Positions 48,863 through 61,899 of a stretch of DNA of 64,000 bases are shown here, in pieces. The notes beneath the pieces were generated by a model that worked only from the letters and a program-made list of their open reading frames with translations, ran no database searches and was not told the DNA's origin. Position numbers and translations under genes: made by a program. Numbering within the stretch: the stretch's first letter is position 1; each line of letters starts with the position of its first letter. The stretch is from Vitrella brassicaformis CCMP3155 (lineage: Eukaryota > Protista > Chromerida): contig CDMY01000264.1 in assembly GCA_001179505.1 (NCBI GenBank), positions 1 through 64,000 of the forward strand, in the 5' to 3' direction.

Positions 48863-49454
48863 CCTAGTTCTGACGGAGCTCTAGCAGGCAGGCAGGCAGG
48901 CAGCGAAGCTTACGCGAGTGTAATTAGGTAGGTAGGAGTGTCCAGCTAGCTGCATGTGACTGACTGACCTTTATCAATTCGTGCCGTTGTACACGTGTGT
49001 CGCTAAGTGCTGATCCCATAGACGGCTGTCCTCAGGCGGGCCCTCACATTACACAAAGAGGGAGGGAAGAAGAGGGAGGGAAAGGGAGAATGAGTTCGAT
49101 GGAACCCGCGCGAACGCGGGTCGACGAACGGGTACGAGGGGGTAGGGGCCCGCTCGTAACGGAAGGCGATCGGAAAGGGACACCTTACAAAATTTCGCGG
49201 ATCGAAAGGGTACACACTAACTTCTAATTAGCTCGCATAGCTCGCACAGGTGGAGAGTCCAAAGCCAGATGACCACCATTGTGTGAGGCGATTTAGCGGC
49301 CATTCCTGAAGACCTGGGGAAGCCGAATGAAGAGGTGCTTGCTCCGTGAATTACGGTGCTGGCCGAGAAACCAAGAATCGGCTGCACTTGTGTGTGTGAC
49401 TGAAGAGAGGGCGTAGGCAGCAAAGGGAGGCGGCAATGTGGACGAGGCAGTGTC

Positions 49455-49484
49455 GCCCCCTCCCCCTTGAATGGGGGAGGGGGC
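49455..49484. other. Perfect 12-bp GC-rich inverted repeat (hairpin)
   Basis: gccccctccccc-ttgaat-gggggagggggc. Confidence 0.85.
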
Positions 49485-49607
49485 TGCAAAAGGTCAGCTT
49501 CCATGAGCCAATGGTCTAACCAGAGCTAGGCAGAAGAGAGCACGTCGACCACGGATGGCTTGAAGGTGATGATTGCTGTCATGTAGGATTCCGGCACACA
49601 GATCTAG

Positions 49608-49840
49608 TCGTCTGAGCGCTCCTGTGTCTGCCTGGCAGGTGTGTTGGTGTTTCGGTGAGCCGCATTGCTGCCCTCTCTATTGCCAGGTGGGCTGATGGCC
49701 GTCACGCAGGATTCTGCCATGCAGGTCTACTCGTCTGAGTGCTCTGTGTGTGTGTCTGGCAGGTGTGTTGATGTTTCGTTGAGCCGCATTGCCGCCCTCT
49801 CCCTATTGCACGGTGAGCTGATGGCCGCGACGCAGTATTC
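49608..49840. repeat. ~123-bp tandem duplication (about 1.9 copies)
   Basis: tcgtctgag at 49608 and 49731; ctggcaggtgtgttg at 49632 and 49756; gagccgcattgc..ccctct in both copies. Confidence 0.85.
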
Positions 49841-50340
49841 CAGCTTATACACATATGCTCCCACATGTGTGCTCCGGTATGTGGGTCTTCCCGCACTCAT
49901 GTGTGTGCGCCATTGATCGGTGCATCCATAGCATCTGAGCACAAAGCTTTTGTCGTGCCCATGCTTGTGTGTGTCTTTGCGTGTTTTATCGTCAATTAAT
50001 ACGCCGACGGATGGGAATGCAGTGGGTGTCTATACAGCGTACAGGGCATGTTGAGCGGGTCAGCTAGATATGGGTCAGAAGGATAGAAGTGCGAGAGATG
50101 TCTGACTACTGCTAAAGGTCTGTTGGAGCCGGTCCGCCGCTCCTCGCCCTTGCTTGTATCGCACCAGTAGCGGTGGATACCGTGGTGTAGCATTCATATT
50201 GTGTCTTTCTTGGCCGTCCTTCCCTCTATCCCAGTCTGTCTCCCTTCATGCTTCTCTTCACGCCTCCCTTCCAATCGCCTTTTTCCTACCTGCCACTCCC
50301 TGTGCCTGCCTTTTTTATTATGGTGTCGCGCACGTCCCAA

Positions 50341-50372
50341 GTGGCAGGTCTTTTTTTTTGCAGACCTGCCAC
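50341..50372. other. Perfect 11-bp inverted repeat with a T-rich loop next to the assembly gap
   Basis: gtggcaggtct-ttttttttgc-agacctgccac. Confidence 0.85.
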
Positions 50373-50375
50373 GCT

Positions 50376-50675
50376 NNNNNNNNNNNNNNNNNNNNNNNNN
50401 NNNNNNNNNNNNNNNNNNNNNNNNNNNNNNNNNNNNNNNNNNNNNNNNNNNNNNNNNNNNNNNNNNNNNNNNNNNNNNNNNNNNNNNNNNNNNNNNNNNN
50501 NNNNNNNNNNNNNNNNNNNNNNNNNNNNNNNNNNNNNNNNNNNNNNNNNNNNNNNNNNNNNNNNNNNNNNNNNNNNNNNNNNNNNNNNNNNNNNNNNNNN
50601 NNNNNNNNNNNNNNNNNNNNNNNNNNNNNNNNNNNNNNNNNNNNNNNNNNNNNNNNNNNNNNNNNNNNNNNNNNN
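50376..50675. other. Assembly gap (300 N)
   Basis: Run of N followed by poly-G. Confidence 0.99.
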
Positions 50676-50921
50676 GGGGGGGGGGGGGAGGGGGAAGATT
50701 GAGACAAACAGAAGATACCCGTGTGAACAAACTCTCAAAAGCATGATAAACCCCACGCGTTTCTCCTCGATCGCCCGTGTAACCTCGAGGCCCTGTACAT
50801 CGCGGGCAACAATGGGGCAGAAATAGCCAGCAACGTTCCTCAGCCCTTCTCAGGCAGCCCCACTGCGCCACCAGCACGCCCACGACCCCAGCTCGTGAAC
50901 CCCCGAACCTGCAATCCCACC

Positions 50922-53385
50922 ATGCAGCAGCCACAGCAGCCTGAGGTCAAGGAGTCCCCCCTGTGGGCGCAGCTTCAGGCTCAGATGCAGCCCCAGAACG
51001 CCTCATCGGCTTCTGGAGCCACCAGCAACGGTCAAAACAACGCAGGGAACGCAGGAAATGCCGTCAGCCAGCCTCAGGCCCAACAGCCTCAGCCAGATCC
51101 TCAGGTGAGCGAAATAAGACAGACGAGGAATGAAGCTTGGTGCGACGAGAGCCCATGTGCTCATCCATCGCTGGTGAGGGAGTGCATTCATTACCTGTGT
51201 GTGCCTTCCTTGTCCTTGGTGTTGGTGTGCAGCCCCCGATGTTCGCGAATTTTGGCAAATGGTGGAGGGAGGTGACGCAGGCAAACAGGATTCCGCCAGT
51301 CTGCACCGCGCCCCAGACCACACAGACCACCACAGACAGGTGGGTGGGTGGGTGAGAGAGACCACATTATGAAGCCACCCTCCCTCCCTCCCTCCCTCTC
51401 CCCTCTCCATTTCACGCCACTGTGTTGCGTGTTTGGTGTGCGCCAATCCTGCACTGCATCCGTCAGGCCCTCACCCCCACAGCCACAGCCACAGCCGCAG
51501 CCACAGACACAGACACAGCCACAGCCGCAGCCACAGCCACAGCCACAGCCACAGCCGCAGACGCAGCCGCAGCCGCAGACAGGGCAACGGCAGCGCACCA
51601 GTACGACGGCTTCCCCCTCTCATGCCGCTATGTTCAACTTCATGGCCACTGGCGCACAGCTGGGCGCTGCACAGCAGACCAACATCCACGAGCGGACAGC
51701 CATGGAGGGCGCCGCCAAATTCCTCATGAATCAGCGGGATCGGCTGCTGAACCAGCAGCACCAGGCGGACCACCAGCAGCAGCAGCAGCAGCAGGGGCAG
51801 GCCGTGAGTGAGGCTGTGGGTGTGGGTGTGGGTGTGGATGCCGTCCCGGTCAAGAAGGACACTGCCGTGGGGCCGGGAGGTGGGGAGGGCGGGGGTGTTG
51901 AGGGGAGTAGTGAGGCAGGATCGCCGTCACCATCGCAGCAGCAGCAGCAGCGGCAGCAGCAGGGGCAGGGTGAGGGTGAGAGTGAGGGCAAAGGCTGGGA
52001 GGTGTTGGCTGGCGAGGGGCTGAAGCGGCACATCGGAGGAGCGTCAGATGAGGACACGCAGACGCAGGGGCGCCAGAAGGTGAGTGGGGATCTTGGTGGC
52101 TGGGTGAGTGGGTGCAGATGGAGATATGTGTGTTTGTGTGCGTTGCAGAAGGTGACACTGACTTCGGCGCGGCAGCAGCACCGTCTCAAGCGTAGCAAGA
52201 TAAAGTCCCAGGGTGTCGCAGACGACGTCGAGGTGCGTGCGTGTGTCCACCACCACAGCGTGCCACACAGAAACGCAGTCCAACTCCTCACTGCGTCTGC
52301 CATTTGTGTGTAGGTGTCTTGCGGTGGCGCCCAGCAGTCGTCGACACAGCAGCAGGGAACCAACACGGCCGCGATCGCCTCACAGACACAACCACAACCA
52401 GAACAGGTACGTATGAGTCGAAGCCGTGCATCCATCCACGAGGCCTTGATCGACCCGTCGGATCGCACCAACACCAACACACACAAGGACTGCAAGGACT
52501 GGGCCGACGTCAGTGACGATGACGAGCTTTTGCCGCCCATCGGCCCATGTCGGCCTCACAGGAAAATCCAGGCCGACAAAAAACTGCTGGCGGAGAAGGA
52601 GCGGCTCTCGTCGTAAACACCCCAGCACACGGGCAGACAGGCAGACAGACAGACAGACAGACGCACGTGCTGGTTGGTTGCTGTATGGGTGTGCGTGTGC
52701 AGGCGCATCGCTGACTTGAAGGGTCCCTTCCTGATCAATGATGACTACCTGGAGAAGGCCAGCAAAGTCATTCTAAGGTAGGTATGGGGAGTGACTCAGA
52801 GATACAAACTCCGTATGTCCATCCATCCATCCATCCGTCCATCAGTTTGAAGACCTCAAGTGCGGTGGGCCGGTGGAGCAGCTTCATCGACAGCCTCAGT
52901 GGCAGGCTCACCTCACCCTCACCCCCCAGTGATACCGAGCGCGAGTCGATTGCAATGGAGTTCTGGAGCCAGCTTCTGGGCGAGGAAGAGGCGGACCAAG
53001 ACACTGTGGCGGCCTTCCAGGCGGAGGTACTGCTCGGAGAGGCCACCCGGGGGGACATGCCAGTGCCGCGCATAGAGGGCTACAATGAGGGGGACATGCC
53101 ACCTGGAGAGGCCTGCAATGAGGACGATAGCGGCAGTGAGGAAGATTGGAGGTAGGCAATGCACACCCACCCTCCCAATTTAGTTATCCTCTGTGTGTTG
53201 TGAATGGTATGCTTGTGTGTGTGTGTGTGTGTGTCAGTTTGCCACCCAAGGGCAAGCAGCCGTACAGCGGCAAGCTCAAGCCCGAGACCATCGCACCAAA
53301 GACACTCACACACGTACTACTATGAGCATACCCCCTCCCCCCCCTCTCCCCTCCTCCCACCCCCCAACACACGCATCCATCCATC

Positions 53386-53416
<31 letters not shown>

Positions 53417-55985
53417 CTTCGTGAGGGCGCCGGCGTGGGGGCACTCAACCTGCCATCTCATGCTGACGTGAGAAGCCACACCCACACGCACGTGTGTGTT
53501 GTCGGCATCTGTCTGTCTGTCTGTTACGTCAGAGTGATGTGATTGAGGCCATGAAGAAAGCCGTCGGCGACAGAGCGACCGGCAGGGTGCCCACCACCTG
53601 GCTCAAGAAGCTCACCGATGGTGCGCAGACTCACACACACACAATGCACTGATCTGCGGATGGGTGGGTGGCTGGACGGCTGCAGGCGATGCCGAGCTGA
53701 ATGAGTGGATATCGAATGCCAGAGGGGAGCTCGGCCACAGGGCTCTCAAACCACTGGCCTGGAAGTAAGATCAAGAGACTACACGCACATGGATGGATGG
53801 ATGTGTGTGTGTGTGTGTGTGTGTGCAGGATGCTGAAGGCCGTGCTGGACTACGACAGCCTCTCCATCAACGCTCAGGACGCTCTGAGGCAGAAAGAACA
53901 CGAAATAACGGTCGGTCGGGGGCGGGTCGGTGGGCACACACACTCCCTTGTGTGTATGGCTTTGTGTCTGTCTGTTTGCAGAGCCTCAGGGTCCAGATGG
54001 ACAACAAGGACAAGTAAGTCAGCCAGCGATACGCCGTTCCTCTCCCGCCTCTCCCTCCCAACACACACATCGGCACTTCCCCATGTGTGTGTGCGTGCGT
54101 GTGTGTGCAGGAAGCTCACCGAGCACACGAAAAAGATCGAGAATATCAAGAGCACAAACACCGACCTCCTGGCCAAGAAGCACGACGCAGAGGTCAAGCT
54201 CAAGGAGGAGCGCATCAAGAATGAGAACGACCACAGGGCGAAGAAGCAACGTACACCCACACTCACACCCACACACACACACACACACACACACGACTGT
54301 GGCCATGTGTGTGGCCGTGTGTGTGTGTCGTAGGGATGGATGAGATGAAGCGTCAGCTGTCTGAGCGTGCTGAGGAGGTGGCCAAGGCGCAGCAGCAGAT
54401 CAAGGACATGGAGGGCACACACACAGGTAGATGGATGGGCGTCTACAGAGATGCATTTGCTTTGCGTATGTGTGTGTGTGTGTGTGTCTGCGCACAGCGG
54501 AAATGGCTCAGAGAGACCAGCAGATCTCCACACTGCGGGATGCTTTCACGTGAGCAGGCGGCACACACATCGCCATCCATCCATCCATGACATGTGTGTG
54601 TGTGTGTGTGTGTGCAGCAATGTGCGCAACCAGCTCAACGGCCGCAATCAGGACATCCAGAGACTCTCGTACGCACCAGCGACACACACACACTCCCTCT
54701 CCATGTGTCTATGTGTCTATGTGTGTGTTGATCTGTCTTGTCGACAGAGAGCAGCAGAACAAGACGACCGAGGAGATGAACACACTGAGGCACCCTCCCC
54801 TCCCCCCATCCCCCACACACACATCACACACACAGATGCTCGTGTGTGTCGTGTGTGGTATTTCTGCTTGCAGGCAGCAGCTGCAGGAAGCCGGGCAGAA
54901 CAATGACGCGCTCAGGCACACACACACAGACGCATCCATCCATCCATCCATGCGGACATCCTTCTCTCCCTCTGTGTGCGTGGTTGACGTCGTGCAGACA
55001 GCAGCTAGAGATCGCACTCAAGGAGAAGACGGAAATTGACCAGAGGTAAGTACGAAGCTCTCCCTCATCCAGCCCTCACCCCTTCGCCCACACCCACACC
55101 CCTCCCTCTCCCTCTCTGTGTGTATACGTGTGTGTATGTGTGATGATCCATCAGTTTGTCGGCCGTGCGTGAGACCCTCACCGCCCTGCAGGCGGTGCAT
55201 GAAGCCCTCGAAGCCGAGCACTCTCGTGTCACGACCGCCGCTGACAACACGAACACCGATGCGAGCAGCCCCAGCAGCAGTGCTAGCACCAACCCAAAGT
55301 GATTGGGTGCTGCTGCCAATGTACTCGATGCCATGCTCACGTGTGTGTGTGTGTGTGTGTGTGTGTCGATCAGCCTCACTTTGGAGCACTGCAGCTCGTT
55401 GAGCTCGGTGACGGCCGTAATGAAGCTTTCTGGACAGATCGATGAAGAGGTCACCCGCCTGAATGCCGTCAGAAATGTACCTAACACACACACACGTCCT
55501 TCCGTCCACCAAAGAAGGGGGCATCCATCATCTGTGTGTGTGTGTGTGTGTGTGTGTTGTTAGGCCGCCATGAAGCGCATAGCCGATCTCCATAGGGAGG
55601 CCGAAGTACTCATCCATTCCTTTACGACTGACACACCCAGCACGCCCATGTCTGTCTGTGTGTCTGTCTGTCTGTGTCAGCGCAAGGCCGAGGTAGCGCG
55701 TGAGCATATGGCCGAGGGCAAGCTCGAGTGCGTCATCTGCTGGAAGGCCGCCAAGACACACGCATTCATTCCCTGTGGACACCGGGTGCGTAGCACACCA
55801 CACACATAGCACACCACAGCACACACATCTCTCTCCCTCTCTCTCTCTCTCTGTGTGTGTGTGTGCGTGTCCAGGAGTTGTGTGCCAATTGTGTGCCAAA
55901 GATGCTCGCCGAGCAGGGGGATTCGCGCAGGTGCCCCACATGCCGACAGCCCTTCACAGACATCAAGCGCATCTTCATCACCTGA
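50922..55985 (+). CDS. Gln/Pro-rich, coiled-coil protein with a C-terminal C3HC4 RING finger (probable E3 ligase)
   Basis: Many short exons. Coiled-coil KIENIKSTNTDLLAKKHDAEVKLKEERIKNE. The final two exons join in phase 0 to give LECVICWKAAKTHAFIPCGHRELCANCVPKMLAEQGDSRRCPTCRQPFTDIKRIFIT-TGA (55985). The 5' end is uncertain and the region may hold two genes. Confidence 0.75.
51476..51595 (+). repeat. Coding hexamer repeat cagcc(a/g)/cagaca encoding (QP/QT)n
   Basis: PQPQPQPQPQTQTQPQPQPQPQPQPQPQTQPQPQT in ORF 51348-52313. Confidence 0.9.
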
Positions 55986-56601
55986 CTGACACATACATGA
56001 GGATACAGACACCACCACCACCACCACCACACACCCGTACCCATATCCACCCACACGCAGTAGGGCAAGGAGGGAGTGGAGAGAGGGAGGGAGGGTTGAT
56101 GACGTGGTTGATGTGTGCATAGTTGTGTATACATGGCTGGCAGGCGGTGCTGTGCGTGTGTGAAGGGGTGGGCGGGTGGGGTGGGTGAGGTGTGTGTGCG
56201 TGGACAGTCTTTCGTTTTTGTTTTCCTCACTTGACACGTGCACACACGCATACCTCGATAGGGCCGGCGGGCGGGCTGTTTGTTGACGGGGAGGGAGAAG
56301 ATGCAGTTTCGTTGTCTGTTCAGGGTCCTTTTTGTACGTCTATGTGGATCGTCATGATACAGGCAGACGGAGTACTGGTCAAGCGATGAGCGGACACAGA
56401 TTGAAATTTCAACAGCTTCATCTCGGTCTCGCACTGACTGAAACGAAACATTCAATTGAATTGCTGTCAAGTCCATCAATCAATACATCATGATGGACAC
56501 CTTTCATATACATGCACATGCTGTTCGCATTAATTGTGAGAAGGGAAGAAAAGGAGGAAGAAAGAGGGCTATCTAGTCTGTCATCATAGTCATCGAAACA
56601 C

Positions 56602-57803
56602 TCACCGACTGGGATGTCTATTTATAGCGTTATGCTTTCGTGGCATAGACCAATACATTCTACACAAAAAGGAACCCATCAATAATAGACGCCTCCTTTT
56701 CTGACCCCCTCCTTTCCTGCTCTTTGCCGTCTCGACCTTCGACCAGTAGGTCATGTCCGGGGACTTCTTCGTGACGAACTCCTTGATCAAGTCATCGTCG
56801 CCGACCTCTGCGATGACAGCACTGAGACTATCAGCGAAAGTGGCCTGGGAGTTGAGGTAACTCTGCACTCTGCCCTCGGCAGTGGTTTTGGTCCACGGGG
56901 CCATCTTCTTCCGCCAAATCTTCCGAACGATTCCTACTGCATGGCTCTTGCGCGGCGTCGGGAAACACGTGATGTAGCCGAGGGCTACAGTAACTCCGAA
57001 GCCGGTGCCGGCGAGAGCGAGTCTGGAAATGGTGGGCCGAGACAAGAGCTCGAGAAAGGCCGAGCCGTCTATCTTAGTCGTTGTGCGGGACCCGAGGTAA
57101 TTCGCGATATCACGCGCAGACAATCTCGCCTATGCGCATGTGTGGTCTGTCAATTTACCGCTTCAACCAGCGAGGGGCGTGGGCATTGTGCGTGTTGCCA
57201 GCAGACCCCTGTGGAGCTGCAGCGAACTCGTCAAGGACGGTGGGAGCGGCCAGCGAGACGTTGTGCAGCACCAGACAGAGTTCGCGTACATGCTTGGCAT
57301 CTCGATTAGGGCAAAGTGATGGAAAGCATCTCCTGTCTGGCGCTCGAGGCTATCGCTGAGTACTCCTTGGTGTTCCTGTAGTATACCCATAGAAACCGCT
57401 CTACGTCTCTGTTTGAGTGGTAAAAGCGCCGCAGTTGAACTGTTCAGCGATGATCGTTCACGAGCAGCCGAGGTTGATGATGTGCTTGAAGGCGTTCAGG
57501 TAGAGTTGCATGTCCTTTTCACACGACTTGTCCTTCTTACACAGCGCCAACCACTTTCCAGCACTCACACATAGAGAGAGACACATATACATACACGTAT
57601 ACATCCATACCTTTCTCGTTACTTTGACAGTCTCCATTGAGTGTACTTTTGTGTACGCGCTTTTTGTGCTGTTTCAGCTTTGAATCCGGTGCGTCCCATG
57701 TGGACTCCCAGATGAGGTCCTTCTGTTTTTTAGTTGAGGCTCTTCCTGTGCCGCGACGTTTCTTGGTAGTCTGTGACCTAATGGGTACATCAAATACAGT
57801 CAT
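56602..57803 (-). pseudogene. Degenerate hypothetical gene (basic N-terminal exon, interrupted middle, 173-aa open 3' part)
   Basis: MTVFDVPIRSQTTKKRRG... exon with a gtatgg donor. The middle segment has in-frame TGA/TAA and frame changes. ORF 56602-57123 is open. No family recognised. Confidence 0.4.
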
Positions 57804-57839
57804 CGCATGCGTGTGTCATCTATGCAGTCTGGCGTGACA

Positions 57840-58930
57840 GCTTACATTCACTTTCGGCAGGCGAAGTCGCTGTCGCCCGTATCGCTCGAGCTGCTGAAGC
57901 TGCTCGAGCTGCTCGGAGAGCGTAAATTCTCAACGATATGGTATTCGTCCTTGTAGGCGCCCTTCTTGTAATTCCTCACAGGGACATAAGGCACTTGAGA
58001 CCGAAGCCTGGCAGTGTTATCAAAAAAATGACAATGGACGATATCGGTACGTCCTCGTCCACCATCTCTCGGATGACCTCTCAGACGATGCCGATAACAG
58101 GAAGTGTCAAGTCCCTGTCTTTGTCGATGGCGGTCTCATACAATGCGTCCATCTGACCTGCTCCGACGATGCGCGAATCGTTGTGCGGCTGAGGGGGTGA
58201 AAAGAGGAACTTCAAGAAGTCTGCGGTCTTGTTTTGCTGACCGCCCTGACCGCGTCACACAAGGTAAAGAGACGGAAGGAATGAGAAGGGCTGAGAGGGA
58301 CAAACGAGGAATCACCACTGCAATGATGTCGGCTATCTCGTCCCTAGTCATCAGGGCCAGAACCTCCAAACTGGTCAGTTGGTCCCCCTCCTAGGCGTAT
58401 GCCTCCTGACGGGAAGACACCTCCTTGCCTAACGCAAATAAGGCATCCCACGATTGATCGTTGTTGCGGTTCGCGGTCAGGAGGGAGGCCTGCAATAAGC
58501 ACAAGGCCCGATGCACATTGCAAAATAAGTTTGGAGCGTGACGATTATTCCCGTTTCTCGACAATACCACACAGGCCCAGCCAAACTTCTCGAGGGTCAA
58601 CCTTTCCCACTTTATGGGCGGGTCATGTGCCAACCGAGGGAAGAGACCGAAGGACAGGTCCGCCAGGATCTCCAGAAGATAAACCGGGCGAATCGTACTT
58701 CCATCCTCCAACTCTATCGGCTTGCAGGCAGGGATGGTGGTGTCCGTCATGTTGGTCACCAAGACACGCACCACATTGCCGTCGGCGTCGTCTTCCAGCT
58801 TCCCCATGATTCTGTCCATGGCCTTGGCCAGGGAAGGGAAGGTGACGGACAGCGCTATGCTCGACTGATCTCCTCCCGCAACTCGGGCGTCAAGCCCTCG
58901 ATATACACCCTGTAAGCACAGAACTCGCAC
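57840..58930 (-). pseudogene. Long hypothetical reading frame broken by two in-frame stops
   Basis: ORF 58391-58978, ORF 58136-58369 and the downstream ...DNTARLRSQVPYV... segment are all in the same frame, separated by TAG (58391-58393) and TGA (58136-58138). Confidence 0.6.
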
Positions 58931-59320
58931 AGAAGCCATCCCCTTTCGGTGTGTCCTTGTGCTGGTGTCTTTGTGCATACAGACTTGTCTAATGGAGGCG
59001 ACTTGGGGTTCCAGCTTCCCTACCGGACCCTATCGGCAGGTATACACACAGCGCTCATAATGATCTGTCCCTTGTTTGGTATTTGTGTCGTTCAACCGAC
59101 ATTGACAACCGACATGGAATATGGGTACGGATGTTTTGATTTGTCGGAGGTCTTGGTAGATGCCTGGGCGGCCGAGGCGCTAGCCTGTTGGTTGGTGGAG
59201 GCAGTGACTTTCGCGGTGGTCTTAGAGGAGGTTCCTGACCAGGCCGCTACCACGGCCTCGACCCTATAACCAAGTCAGACCAACCCTCAGATACTCATCC
59301 ACTTCTCGTTCGTCCTTTTT

Positions 59321-60025
59321 CTACGTGTGTGGGGTGGCAGACCTATCGGGGTCGCCTTTGGTCTCATCGTTGGACTCGTCGGCGTTGGGCATGTCAACTT
59401 CGACCCAATCTGATATGACCCTGTTCTCTCTCTCGAAAGGCACGGGATGGGGCCAGCGCAGCGCCACTTCTGCCTTCATGCAATCCGATGGGATCATACA
59501 GGTGAAGACCTTGTGAGAGTACATGCCACTCCCACGCAGCGTCCACTCACTCGCACCCATCACCATAACGTCCCACCGCATGCTCGCCGGTCGTTCGTAG
59601 TCATTGACATCTCGGTCTCGATCGCTTTCCTCAATGTCGGTGACCTCTTGGGCGATCTCGCACGCCAGTTCCAGCCTGTGCTTGTCATAGAGGCCTGCGG
59701 TCACGGTCATGCCGTATCCACTTTTCACCACCTTCAACACGCCACGGCAGGCGAGGGGCTTCAGATGGCCGAAAGCACGGTAGGCCTGGAAGAGCGTATC
59801 CGTCTCTCCCCACACCAACGCCGGCGAGAAGACCGCAGGTGGGATGAAGCCGATGCAGTTGACGTCGGTGAACACCGACTTGTCAATGAGGCTGAGGTCG
59901 AGCCCCCAGAGGCGAGACCACTCCGGGTGTGGTCTCTCGCCTCTGAGGTGAAGGAGTGCATCGAGGCTGACGACGGGCAGCTGCTCAGCAAGTACTTCTT
60001 TCGGTTCAAGTTGGTGTCCACCCAT
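59321..60025 (-). CDS. Intronless 234-aa hypothetical protein
   Basis: Clean ATG-to-TAG ORF with globular-looking composition (LDLSLIDKSVFTDVNCIGFIPP...RGVLKVVKSGYGMTVTAGLY...). Confidence 0.6.
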   Translation of the reverse strand: MGGHQLEPKEVLAEQLPVVSLDALLHLRGERPHPEWSRLWGLDLSLIDKSVFTDVNCIGFIPPAVFSPALVWGETDTLFQAYRAFGHLKPLACRGVLKVVKSGYGMTVTAGLYDKHRLELACEIAQEVTDIEESDRDRDVNDYERPASMRWDVMVMGASEWTLRGSGMYSHKVFTCMIPSDCMKAEVALRWPHPVPFERENRVISDWVEVDMPNADESNDETKGDPDRSATPHT

Positions 60026-61899
60026 GCGGGGGATCGATTAGCTCCTTATCTTTGACATCCCCAACATCTGCGGCCGATGGCTTCAAAGATGCGAGACAGT
60101 ACAGGAACAGCTGCGGAAAAAACACCGACGACACAGAGACAGAAACAGAGAGGAACGTGGTATTTCCAGCACCTCCCTGGTTGTCTCACTCTCTCCTTGC
60201 ACGACTTTCCTGTATCATCCCTGTTTGATAACCCCAGATTGACTGACTTGTACCATCATAGACGAGAGTTTGAGACCGAAGCCTGGCAGTGTCATCAGGA
60301 GGGCGACGATAGATGACAACGGATTGCTCTCTGACGCCGCCTGCCGCTCCTCCGTGATGGTCGACCTCCTTGAGTCGCAGCCCGTTCCGACATCCCTCTT
60401 TGTAGGAAATCTGTCGCTCTGTGAGTGCATGCTGCTGGCACAGGAGGCACACTTGCTGGTTGACGCCGCGATGGCTGATGCTAGTGTGAGAAGGGTCAAA
60501 AGGGCGGCTGCTGTTGTGAGAAGAAAACGCAGGGATCATCCGTACTGCTGCCAAAAACTGGCTGCTGCTGCTGCTGCTGCTGCTCTAGCTGCTATTGTGG
60601 TGTGAGTCGATGAATCCTTCCAACACCTTCTCGTGCGGCAGCGACACCTACGATTTGGCGGCGGTGGCTAAACGTATACTTCATTGCCTACTTCTCGTCG
60701 CACCATGCGATAGTACAATCCTGCAAGCCCCACACCATCAACCATTCATCCGCCCTTCCCAATCATGTTCTGTCAATTGCAGCCTCTCTCTTCTTGTTGC
60801 TTGCCTGGGTGTTCGTTCCTCTCGCCCTTGACATGAATGATACTCGCTGGCAACGCTTTCCTCTTCTGACTTGGCTGCCGATTGACGAAACCTCTCAAGA
60901 TGCCGTCCACTGCCAAAAGGCTTACAACCAATAGCACACCCCACACAGGACGGAGGGATCATCCGCTGGTCCGCTCCGCCAACAGACAAATTGATCAGCT
61001 ACGCCGCAAAGCATCTGACACATACAGACAGACAGAAGTCCACAATGAAATCATCAGGTGGTGAGTTTGTCAGTGTGACCTGTGAGGCGGATGTTGAGGC
61101 GGAACTCAGTAATGATCGAAACGAGGATAATCGCGATTGTTGTTGGGCTGAGTGGTGGGTCGGCAGCACAGCCGAGGACGGCGACGGGCATACAAAAAGT
61201 CACGAAGAGTCTTCGGGCCTCACGCTCCTGCACCGCCTTAAGCGACTTCAACGCAGCCTCGCAGACGCGCCCATGCTCCTCCTGCATCAGACATGACAGC
61301 CATACAAGCGCAGCCACCTAGGTACAAAACTCGAAGAAGCGCACCTCTCTCTTGCCGATAAAGGTGGTTCATTTAGTGTCCTTGTCGTCCACTATTGGAA
61401 AGGTCTCTTCAACCGCGTTCGGCGTGGCTGTCGCTTTTCTCCCACTTAAGCTTTCCTCGGAAGACCACAAGCATTGGTTCGTCAATGTCTCACACCGAGA
61501 TCCGCGAGCATCCTTGGTTCAGGTCATCATTATCGCCCTGGGTCTGTGCTGACGACACGTGCGGGGCCGTGTACCTGTTCAGATCCACTTTTGGCCCGGC
61601 CCGATGTTCCTGACATGACAGACTGCAAAAAGCACGCTCGGTCGAATATGTACTTTCACACGTGGGTACATCTGTCGTCGTCCTTCTCCTCGGGGGTCTG
61701 GCAGCAGTTGTAGAGGGTGGCTCACCAGATTCTCCAGGATCGAGCCACCCTATAAGCCACAACACAAAGCACAAACCGAAGGGGCCCGTGTGTGTGAAGG
61801 CCATAAATGGCGAACACACCTCTCCTGCATGGTCATTTATCATTGTGTGTCGCTTGCTCCTCGGGAACTTGCTGAGCCATGTGCCCCGCCGTATGTAGT

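Noticed and set aside
50154-50934. ORFs spanning the second N-gap
   Set aside because: Artefacts of the N run.
55876-55985. Apparent frameshift in the RING finger last exon suggested by the ORF track
   Set aside because: Phase-0 splicing (CAC CGG|gtgcgt...ccag|GAG TTG TGT) gives an intact C3HC4 RING, so no frameshift is needed.
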